This document shows positions 38,911 through 48,300 of a stretch of 64,000 nt of DNA, piece after piece. Position 1 is the stretch's first letter. Each line of letters opens with the position of its first letter. This DNA comes from Anolis carolinensis (taxonomy: Eukaryota). The stretch covers positions 11,519,190 through 11,583,189 of the forward strand of contig NC_085846.1 of the NCBI RefSeq assembly GCF_035594765.1. The letters run 5' to 3'. Both the position numbers and the translations under genes were made by a program. Below the pieces are notes generated by a model that had not been told where the DNA came from, made no database searches, and saw nothing but the letters and a program-made list of their open reading frames with translations.

Positions 38911-39760
38911 CAGGGGTCCCCAAACTAAGGCCCGGGGGCCGGATGCGGCCCTCCAAGGTCATTGACCTGGCCCCTGTCCTAAACTTTAGACTTAGGGTTG
39001 ACCTAAGTCTACCTGGTCTTTGGAGGTCTCTTTGCTTATCTATGGTCTTATGAGAGCGTCTAGATGGTCTTTGAAGGTCTCTTTGCTTAGCTATGGCCTT
39101 ATGAGACCATCTAGATGGCTTTTGGAGGTCACTTTCCTTACCTATGGTCCTATGAGACCGTCTAGATGGCCTTGGAGGGTCCCTTTCCTTACCTATGGTT
39201 TTATGAGAGCGTCTAGATGGCCTTTGGGGCCCCTATCCTTGTCTATGGTCTTATGAAACCATCTAGATGGTCTTTGAGGTCCCTTTCCTTATAGATGGTC
39301 TTCTGATGGCCTGATGAGATCATCTAAATGGCCTTTGAGGGTCCCTTTCCTTACCATAGAATCATAGAATAGTAGAGTTGGAAGAGACCACATGGGCCAT
39401 CTAGTCCAACCCCCTGCTAAGAAGCAGGAAATCGCATTCAAAGCACCCCCGGTGGTCTTATGAGACCATCTAGATGGTCTTTGGAGGTCCCGTTGCTTAC
39501 CTATGGTCTTATGAGATTGTCTAGATCAGGGGTCCCCAAACTAAGACCCATGGGCTGGATGAGGCCCTCCAAGGTCATTGACCTGGTCTCTGTCCTAAAC
39601 TTTAGACTTCGGGTTGACCTAAGTCTGAAATGACTTGAAGGCACACAACAACAACAATTTTAAAAAAAAACAATTTTGGGCTATTTCATCATAGTCCAGC
39701 CCCCTAACAGTCTGAGGGACTGTGAATCAGCCCTCCACTTAAAAAGTTTGAGGACCCCTG
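38911..39760 (+). mobile_element. hAT-type non-autonomous element with a duplicated left end (38911 and 39527) enclosing a minisatellite
   Basis: caggggtccccaaact occurs twice; right end agtttgaggacccctg at about 39745-39760. Confidence 0.7.
39010..39526. repeat. 51-bp minisatellite, about 8-9 degenerate units, interrupted by a CR1 tail
   Basis: ctatgg recurs at 39040, 39091, 39142, 39193 and 39243. The unit contains the palindrome agaccatctagatggtct. Confidence 0.9.
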
Positions 39761-40223
39761 AAATAGTGTGACAAACCCCTTGCAAACAGATATTTCTGCA
39801 ACAGAATGCCATTGACTTTGGATCTTCCAAACCCCAAATATTTTTTATATACAATGGACCAGGCATAGGCAAACTTGGGCCCTCCAGATGTTTTGGACTT
39901 CAACTCCCACAATTCCTAACAGCTGGTAGGCTGTTAGGAATTGTGGGAGTTGGAGTCCAAAACACCTGGAGAGCCCAAGTTTGCCCATACCTGCAGTAGA
40001 CTCACTGCAACTCTCAAGCAACCAGAACTCTCAAGCAACCAGCAAAATATTAGAAAAAATAATATTTTAGATTTTTTTTGTTTTTATAATACAGTAAAAC
40101 AGTGTTACATTAAGTCTGTCTTTATTTACTTTTAATTACTGTGTTTCGATATTAATATCAAGTCAATAGAGAGTTTATGGTATGGAATAGTAGCATAGTA
40201 TTAGTTAGGCCTATTATAATAGG

Positions 40224-40533
40224 ACAGTAGAGTCTCATTTATCCAAGCTTAAACGGGCCAGCAGAACCTTGGATAAGCGAATATCTTGGATAATAAGGAG
40301 GGATTAAGGAAAAGCCTATTAAACATCAAATTAGCTTATGATTTTACAAATTAAGCACCAAAACATCATGTTATACAACAAATTTGACATTAAAAGTAGT
40401 TCAATATGCAGTAATGTTATGTTGTAATTACTGTATTTACGAATTTAGCACCAAAATATCATGATGTATTGAAAACATTGACTACAAAAATGCCTTGGAT
40501 AATCCAGAACCTTGGATAAGTGAGACTCTACTG
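40224..40533. mobile_element. Tc1/mariner-type MITE
   Basis: TIRs cagtagagtctcatttatccaag / cttggataagtgagactctactg. Confidence 0.75.
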
Positions 40534-41049
40534 TAACTCTCAAGCAACCAGAAATGGTGTCTATCCCATGGGTGACGGTTAACTGAGAGTCTATTGCACA
40601 TAGTTGACTAGAGTATCACTGTATGCAAATTTCATAACTGTTTTGTACAGTTTAATATACTTATTAAGTCTTCGCAATACTAATAAATATAATTGATCCT
40701 AGTGTCATTTTGCTGTGTTACTAGTCTGCATCGTAAATTATTAAGAGATGCTATCTACACTGTAGAATAAATGCAGTTTGACAGCACTTTGACTGCCATT
40801 GGCTCACTGCTATGGAATCCTGGGAGTTTTACATGGTCTCTAGACTTCTTTGTATAAGGGTGGACTCACCATATTACACATTCCAAGATTGGAAAAACTT
40901 GTCACAGGGTTTTCTTTGCAATGTTTGCTTAACTTCTCATTTGCCTTACTGCTAAGGCTGAAAAGAATTTGACTTCCCAAACTGACCAACCGGGAATCGA
41001 ACTCATGTCTCTAGCCTATAACATCACAGTCTAACACTCAAACCACTAC

Positions 41050-41310
41050 ACCACGCCCGCGCGGGCCGTAAAATTGTCCTTTTCAGGAAGTGAGACCCGA
41101 TGACGTAAGAGGGGTTACGAAAACCAAATCTACCCTCTCCTCGCTCTTGCTCGCCGATTAGAAAGAACTCAAATAGAACGATGAAAGGGACATGTACGCA
41201 TGCGTATTGCTCCCCTTCCTTCCCAAGATGGTGGCCAGGGAGGGCTTGAGAGCGCTTTTGCGCCTGCGCGAGAGGGGAAACGGGACCTTTCCAACATGGC
41301 GGCGCCCAGA
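41050..41310 (+). promoter_or_regulatory. CpG-rich METTL17 promoter
   Basis: CpG-dense. ETS/GABP CAGGAAGTG 41084-41092, CRE-like TGACGTAA 41101-41108, NRF1-like TACGCATGCGTA 41195-41206 and TGCGCCTGCGC 41259-41269, YY1-like CAAGATGGTGGC 41224 and CAACATGGCGGC 41292. Confidence 0.75.
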
Positions 41311-41373
41311 GGCTTGAGGCGAGCATGGGGTTCCTTCAACAGCACCGTCCCTGGCAGTGCTTTGGCTCTCAGG
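41296..41373 (+). CDS. METTL17: METTL17 coding exon 1 (mitochondrial targeting peptide)
   Basis: MAAPRGLRRAWGSFNSTVPGSALALR then donor GTGAAT; phase 0 joins exon 2. Confidence 0.85.
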
Positions 41374-41869
41374 GTGAATTTCTCTCAATTTTGTTTTCTT
41401 ATTCTCCACGATGTTATGTTTTCCGTTATGAAAGTTGTATGTGGAAGCTGCTCTGATTCGGAATTCACTAAAATAATGTTGAATCCGAAGTAATTGAAAG
41501 GGAATAACTAGGCCCCGTTGTAAGTCATCGAGGAGTTTTTGGGTTCTGTACTGAAGGATAATATTTTTATGGCCAAGGGAGTCTTGGGATTTGTAGGATT
41601 TGGGATTTGGTGAGGAGTTAAGGTTCTCTAGGTGCGGACTCTGAATACAACCCTTTAAGATGTTGCCATGGCAACTAAAGTGGAATCATAGAGCGATAAC
41701 TGTAGAGCAGGCGTGGGCAAACTTGGGCCCTCCAGGTGTTTGGACTTCAACTCTCACAATTCCTAACAGCCTCGGGCCCTTTCCTTTTCCCCCTCAGCAG
41801 TGGCTGAGGGGAAAAGTGTGGAAGTGCCCTAAATGTTGCCATGTTGCTGTTTGTCTTTTAATCATCTTT

Positions 41870-42620
41870 CTCAGGCTGGATTGACACTGCTGTGTAATGC
41901 ACTCCAATGTATGTAAATGTAATGTGTGCTAATGTGCATAAACTTGTGTGCCAGCTGCACCCGTACCTTGAGAAACCAGACTTGGCCACGGTTGTCGATG
42001 CCCTTGTTGCATCTCTATCAGATTACTGCAACACACTCTATGTGGGGTTGCCTTTGAAGACTGGTCGAAAGTTTCAAGTAGTTCAACAGGCGGCAGCCAG
42101 ACTGCTCACCGGAACAGCGTACAGGAAACATACAACCCCCCTGCTGTGTCAGCTCCACTGGCTCCCAATTTGCTACTGAGCACAATTAACAGTGCTGTCA
42201 TTAGCCTATAAAACCCTAAACCAGTGGTTCTCAACCTGTGGGTCCCCAGATGTTTTGGCCTTATAATTCCCAGAAATCCTAACAGCTGGTAAACTGGCTG
42301 GAATTTCTGGGAGTTGTAGACCAAAACACCTGGGGACTCATAGGTTGACAACCACTGCCCTAAACAGTTCTGGCCCAGCTTACCTGTCTGATCTTATCTC
42401 CCTCTATGAACCATCCCAGGTGCTAAGATCTAATGGGGAGGCCCTGCTCTTGGTCCCACCCCCTTCGCAGGTGTGGCTGATGGAGATGAGGGACAGGACC
42501 TTCTCAATGGTGGCCCCTCAGCACTAGAATTTTCTTCTTAGTGAAATTAGATCGGCCCCCTCCTTCCTGTCCTTTAGAAAGCAAGTTAAAACCTGGCTAT
42601 GGAACCAAGCTTTTGGAGAG
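41870..42620 (+). mobile_element. L2-type LINE 3' fragment interrupted by a MITE
   Basis: DYCNTLYVGLP...AARLLTG...LHWLPI peptide. Confidence 0.8.
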
Positions 42621-43000
42621 TAGTACAGGGCTATATGCAGCTACGAAGTGAATCCAATGTGATCATGATGGCTTCTGGATGATGATTTCGCATCTATGTG
42701 CACTGTTTTAACAGCTTATTTAAAATATGTTAGTGTTTTATGATTTTCATGATTATAATGCTCAATGTATATTTTTATGTTAATAAGGTACTGAATTATT
42801 GCTAATTTGAAAGCTGATCTGAGCCCCTTCAGGGTTGAGATAGAATGAGGTAAAATGCAGTAAATAAATAAGTAATGCAGTTTGGTATGCATGATATGAT
42901 CAGTGTAGACCAGGTGTGGACAGCCTTAGTGAGAAAGCCTGGTCAACTGTATATGGTTTATATATAATGCCTAACATTTCTCCTCTTTGCCTTCCCTCAG

Positions 43001-43154
43001 GGCCTGGCTACAGTCATTCCCAATGTCTCCAGGGTAGATAACACATCCAGTTTCTTGGAAAAACTACCACACCGCAAGCATCCTGGCGCTGTCCACCTGA
43101 AAAATATCAGTCTTCCGTCAGAGCTGGTGGAAGCAGCTCGCTTTCTGGTATCCC
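43001..43154 (+). CDS. METTL17: METTL17 exon 2
   Basis: AG/GT bounded; GLATVIPNVSRVDNTSSFLEKLPHRKHPGAVHL resembles human [24 protein letters not shown]. Confidence 0.93.
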
Positions 43155-43346
43155 GTGAGTAAAACTTATAAAATTTAGGAGTCTCTGGGGTGTGAGACAG
43201 TTGGACTGTATGCAGTGAAGGCCCTATTTGTCTGGAATTATAGGTAGCAGAAGAATACGACTACAGTTATTATTATTATCTTTATTTATATCCTGCCTTT
43301 CTCCCCATAAGGACTCAGGGCGGTTAACATCTATCCACACTAGACT

Positions 43347-44500
43347 TGTTATGATTGAGCCTCGTGGCTCTGTTACTGACAGGCGTGGGCGTAAGACTCC
43401 TCGAGAGTCAGATACTCTCGAGGAGCGAGAGAGAAAAAGACTGCGAGACATATTTGCAGCACCATCTGACGAGGAGTCTTTCGAAGGGTTTACGGAGAGA
43501 ATGGAGGAGGAGCTGGTTAGCTCAGAGGAGGATGAGATGGATTGGACTCGGGTAAGGGAGGAAGTGGGTGCCACTGGCCATGATGGGACAGAAGATGAAT
43601 GGGGACCTTCAGGATTAGACCCATGGTTTAGCTGGAGGGATGGGACGGGATCCACAGCTGGAGATGCTGTTGGGCGTAGTCAGAGGTGTTCCAGCTCTGA
43701 CGAGGAAAGTGATGAGGAAACGCCCGGGTTAAGGAGGACAGCTGACAGTGATGAAGATTTGTAACTGGCATAAAATGGGGCTTGGGAGCAATTGCAAATT
43801 GCGTTGGGCAAGGTAATCTGGGCAAACGCTTGGGATCCGTGTGTGTGTGGGACGCTTCCCTGAAGACTTGTGTGCTTTCCTGTGCTGTGACGTAAGTTGA
43901 TTGGAATCCAGGGTCAGACGGCGGGAGGGATTGTGTGGGCATTTGTTTGTGCAAACCTGTGCTTACTCTTATTAGCTTGACCCTCCGTCGTCTTCTTGAC
44001 GGACGCCATCTCCTGCTTTGAGAACTCGGACTGAACTGACCACGGCTTGTCTTCCCCCCTTCTTGGACTTGGAAAAACTACAAACGTCTGCTTCTGGCTT
44101 TGATCTACGGAACGGAACTGGTCTACTCAACTGCTACAATCCTTGGCTGATTTACTCGTGTTGGAGATCCTGTCTGCTGTGTGTGTGTGTGTGGGAGCGA
44201 CGCAAGTTACTCTAAGCACAGTGTTGGCAGCAGAGAGGAATCTGCTGCCAATTAGTTGCATTCTTTGTATCTTTTGTTCCTTGGCTTTCGTTTCGTTTAT
44301 ACCCAGGCTGAAGCAAGCAGTTTGTTTTTACCCGGATTAAACTCCGGTTTAATCCGGTTTATCTTTTGAACATTTACTTTTGCCCCTTTTTGCTCCTAAA
44401 GGCAAAAACTGCCTGGCCCTTGTGTTTTACGGGCATTTTTTGAGTTCTGTAATCTAATAAACTCTGTTACTTTGAATCTTGTGGCGTTCTGTCCTTGACA
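43347..44500 (+). repeat. 5' LTR (U3 about 43347-43800; CATAAAA 43769-43775; AATAAA 44456-44461)
   Basis: Direct repeat of 48544-49697; TGTTA...TGACA ends. Confidence 0.97.
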
Positions 44501-44502
44501 GA

Positions 44503-44513
44503 TTGCCCAACGC
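44503..44513 (+). promoter_or_regulatory. Self-priming primer-binding site (non-tRNA)
   Basis: TTGCCCAACGC is the exact reverse complement of GCGTTGGGCAA at 43801-43811, about 30 nt after the TATA-like box. Confidence 0.85.
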
Positions 44514-44555
44514 CCATAAAAAGTTTATTGCAGCAATAAACCCGTCAGGAAGACG

Positions 44556-45356
44556 ATGGATGAGTTACGGGCCAAAGTAGACCAATTGCAAACGGCTTTT
44601 ACCGTTAGCCAAACAGCTCAGGCTGTGAAAGGACATGTTTTGACTCCTGAACGCTTTGACGGAACCAGGTGCAAGTTGCCAACCTTTTTGGCACAAGTGG
44701 AGCTTTATTTTTCTCAGCTCAGTGCTCATGCTTTTCCTACAGACACTAGCAAGGTGGCCTTTATTTTGAGTTTGTTGACCGGTCCCGCAGGACAATGGGC
44801 CACTAATTTAATTTTGGGAAATGACCCAGTCAAGGACAATTTGAATAATTTCAAAAAGTTGTTAACTGATACTTTTGGGGATCCTCTCCGCACGGAGAAC
44901 GCTGGGTGGGCTCTGTATCGGTTGAAACAGGGAAAGGGGACTGTTTTGGATTACTTAAATAAGTTTAACCTGTATCGCCACCAGCTGGATTGGGGGGAAA
45001 ATGCATTCATGCTTTTATTTACTGCCGGGTTAAGTGATATGCTCCAGGATGAATTAGCACGCTTGGAGCCGGCTGAAAGCTGGGACGCCTTAGTAGCTAA
45101 GGTGCTGCGTTTAGACGCAAGGTTCGAGGCTCGTAAACACTCAAAAGCAATGTGTGCGCCACCCATGCATGTAACCAGGGCACCTGTGGTGATGGGGGAA
45201 GAGCCCATGGAGCTTGGGGTCTTTAAAAAGCTGTCTACAGAGGAAAAGAGCCGTAGGAGGCAGCTGGGCTTGTGTTTGTACTGTGGGAATGCTGGGCATT
45301 TTGCCAAAAATTGTAATGTGAAACCTTCCCAGCTTTCGGGAAAAGGCCAGCCCTAG
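44556..45356 (+). CDS. gag: Gag (capsid plus CCHC zinc knuckle), 266 aa, PEG10/sushi-like
   Basis: PERFDG, LKQGKGTVLDY, EPMELG and CLYCGNAGHFAKNC. Confidence 0.95.
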   Translation: MDELRAKVDQLQTAFTVSQTAQAVKGHVLTPERFDGTRCKLPTFLAQVELYFSQLSAHAFPTDTSKVAFILSLLTGPAGQWATNLILGNDPVKDNLNNFKKLLTDTFGDPLRTENAGWALYRLKQGKGTVLDYLNKFNLYRHQLDWGENAFMLLFTAGLSDMLQDELARLEPAESWDALVAKVLRLDARFEARKHSKAMCAPPMHVTRAPVVMGEEPMELGVFKKLSTEEKSRRRQLGLCLYCGNAGHFAKNCNVKPSQLSGKGQP

Positions 45357-45384
45357 TGCGACGTGAGTCCAACGCACTAGGGCT
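45338..45384 (+). promoter_or_regulatory. -1 programmed ribosomal frameshift signal
   Basis: Slippery G GGA AAA (45338-45344), then a perfect 12-bp stem 45349-45360 / 45373-45384. pol is in the -1 frame and open from 45317. Confidence 0.85.
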
Positions 45385-48300
45385 CCTCAAGCAGTCAACT
45401 GAGGGGAGGAAGCATGTTTTCGTACCCATTACATTATCTGTTGGGGGAAGGGAACTTGTTTCTACTTTGGCACTGCTGGACTCAGGGGCTACGGTCTCCT
45501 ATGTAGATATTGAGTTTGCTAAGAAGCATGGCATTCCTAGAGTGCGCAAGGCATGCGACGTGTGGGTGGAAGGAGCAGATGGGAGACTGCTGGAGACTGG
45601 GGTGGTTAACCATGAAACCTCAGCAGTAACGTGGGAGGTGCAGGGAGTAACGGGAACGTTTGTGTGGGATATTACGAGCTTGCCTAGATATGATGTGATC
45701 CTGGGGATGGATTGGCTAGCTGTAGTAAACCCACAAGTAGACTGGGCAACACGTAAAGTGATCTTAAAGAGGCAGGATTGTTGCACTCTAAATGTTACTC
45801 ATTCTGATATGGAGGGAGTGCCTGCTGAGTATGGGGAGTTCTCTGATGTATTTTGTAAAAGAGAAGCGGACAAATTACCACCGCACAGGCCATATGATTG
45901 CGCCATCAAGTTGGCAGAAGGTGCGAAACTGCCAGCAGGGAGGCTGTATGCCTTGACTGTACCGGAAAGGCAAGCTTTGCGGGAGTTTCTAGATGAAAAT
46001 TTAGCCAAGGGGTTTATTCGCCCATCTAGTTCTCCAACTGCGGCACCAGTATTCTTTGTAGCCAAAAAGACTGGGGAACTTAGGCTGGTCTGTGACTATC
46101 GGATCCTAAATAAATACACCATTCGGGATAGGTACCCGCTCCCTTTAATCTCGGAACTGTTATCAAGGGTGCAAGGGGCTAAGGTCTTTACCAAGCTTGA
46201 CCTGCGGGGGGCCTATAACTTAATCCGTATACGGGAAGGGGATGAATGGAAGACGGCATTTAACACGTGTTTCGGATGCCACGAGTTCCGAGTCATGCCT
46301 TTTGGGCTTTGTAATGCTCCTGCGGTATTCCAGAGGTTCATGAACGATGTGTTCAGGGACCTAATTGACCAATTTTTAGTGATTTATTTGGATGATATCT
46401 TGATTTTTTCTAAGGACGAGAAAGAACATCGTCAACATGTCAAGCAGGTTCTGCACCGACTGCGGGCTAATGGGCTTTTCGCCAAGGCTTCCAAGTGCGT
46501 CTTTCATGTGCCTGAAGTGGAGTTCCTAGGTCATGTAGTGTCAGGTAGGGAACTTAAAATGGACCCACATAAGGTTGACGCCGTCAACTCATGGCAGGAG
46601 CTGAAGACTAAGAAGGATGTACAAAGGTTCTTGGGTTTCGCTAATTACTACCGGGAGTTTATTCCGAATTTTGCAAAGCTCACGGTACCTTTGACGCAGC
46701 TTCTGCGCAAGAAACAGCCATTTGTGTGGGGGCGGGAAGCTCACGAGGCGTTTCTACAATTAAAGTCTAGTTTTCAATCGGACAACATACTAACCCATCC
46801 TGATGTTGACAAACCGTTCGTGGTAGAAGCGGACGCTTCTAGCTACGCGTTGGGGGCTGTATTGTCTCAGAAGGATTCCTCAGGGACCTTGCGTCCCTGT
46901 GGATTTTACTCGCGGCAACTAACACCCTTCGAGCAGAACTATACCATATGGGAGAAGGAGTTGTTGGCGATTAAGGTGGCGTTTGAGGTGTGGCGGCACT
47001 GGCTTGAAGGGGCACGGCACCAGATCGTGGTCAGATCTGATCACAAGAACTTAGAGCACTTGCAAACAGCAAAGAGGTTAAACCAGCGTCAAATCCGCTG
47101 GGCTTTGTTTTTCTCCAGGTTTAACTTCAAGGTGCAGTTCGTGGAGGGGAAGGCAAACTTGCGGGCCGATGCTTTATCCCGCAAGCCGGAATTTAAGACC
47201 AATGAGCAGGTAGTATGTCAGACCATCTTGCCTACTGCCTCTCTGTGTGTTGTAGATAATGAGCTTGGGTTACATGACCAGATCCTTGAGGCTCAGAAGG
47301 ATGATGTGTGGACTCAGGAGCAACTGATGCTGCTCTCTGCAGGTAACCGTACCATACTACCGCATCTCCAGGATCAAGACGGGGTATTGGTGCGTAGGGG
47401 GCAGGTTTACGTACCAGTAGGGACCCTCAGGTTGGAGGTGATTAGAGCCCACCATGACGAACCCATGGCTGGGCACTTTGGCAGGTTCAAGACCGTACAG
47501 CTTATCACCAGGAGCTACTGGTGGCCAAAGATGCGGCAAGACATTCTGCGCTTTTGTGACAGCTGCGCCGTTTGTCAGCAGAGTAAGACGCCTGTTGGGC
47601 GCCCTAGAGGGTTGTTATCGTCTTTACCTGTTCCGGAGAGGCCATGGCAAATCATTTCCATGGATTTTATTTCAGATTTGCCTAAGTCTGGGGGTTATAC
47701 TTGTATTTGGGTGGTGGTGGATTTATTTAGTAAACTGGCTCATTTTATTCCTTGTTCAACCATTCCGGCGGCCCCTACGTTGGCCTTACTATTTACAAAG
47801 CACATCTATCGTTTGCACGGAGCACCCGAGGTGATTATTTCAGATAGGGCTCCGCAATTTGTGTCACGCTTTTGGAAACACTTCCATGAGTGTTTGGGGA
47901 CTAAGTTAAACGTGTCTTCAGCTTTCCATCCGCAAACGGATGGACAGTCGGAACGGGTTAATGGGCTCTTAGAGCAGTATCTGCGTTGTTTTTGTTTAGA
48001 TCAACCCACGGCTTGGGTAAAGTGGTTACCGGTGGCGGAATTTGCTTACAACAATGCGGTGCACACGTCTAGTCAGCATACGCCATTTGAGCTAACTTAT
48101 GGTTTTCACCCACGGGGAGGTGTGGCGCCGTCGACCAATGTGGTCTCTTCGGACCCTGTGTACCGCTCTTCGGAAATGGCTGCATTGCATGATGTTGCCC
48201 GTCGCTTACTGTTGGAAGCTAAGGCAACGCAAAAGACTCAGGCTGACCGCCACAGGCAGGCAGGGGAGGAGTTGGAAGAAGGGGATTTGGTGTGGTTATC

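Noticed and set aside
39010-39526. Regularly spaced palindromic repeats resembling a CRISPR array, and the repetitive ORF 39020-39256
   Set aside because: The sequences between palindromes are themselves repeated (no unique spacers), there are no cas genes and the context is vertebrate. The ORF results from the 51-nt (17-codon) period.
40900-41055. tRNA-like B-box (gggaatcgaact) upstream of METTL17
   Set aside because: No cloverleaf; consistent with a decayed tRNA-derived SINE head rather than a tRNA gene.
43228-43350. Apparent signal-peptide-like extension (LLLLSLFISC) fused to the LTR ORF
   Set aside because: It comes from a (tta)n repeat tail in the host intron, starts at TTG, and is in frame only by chance of the insertion site.
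43224-43655. Antisense Ser-rich ORFs in both LTRs (also 48433-48852)
   Set aside because: They mirror the GAG/GAA-rich sense frame; no independent motif or evidence.
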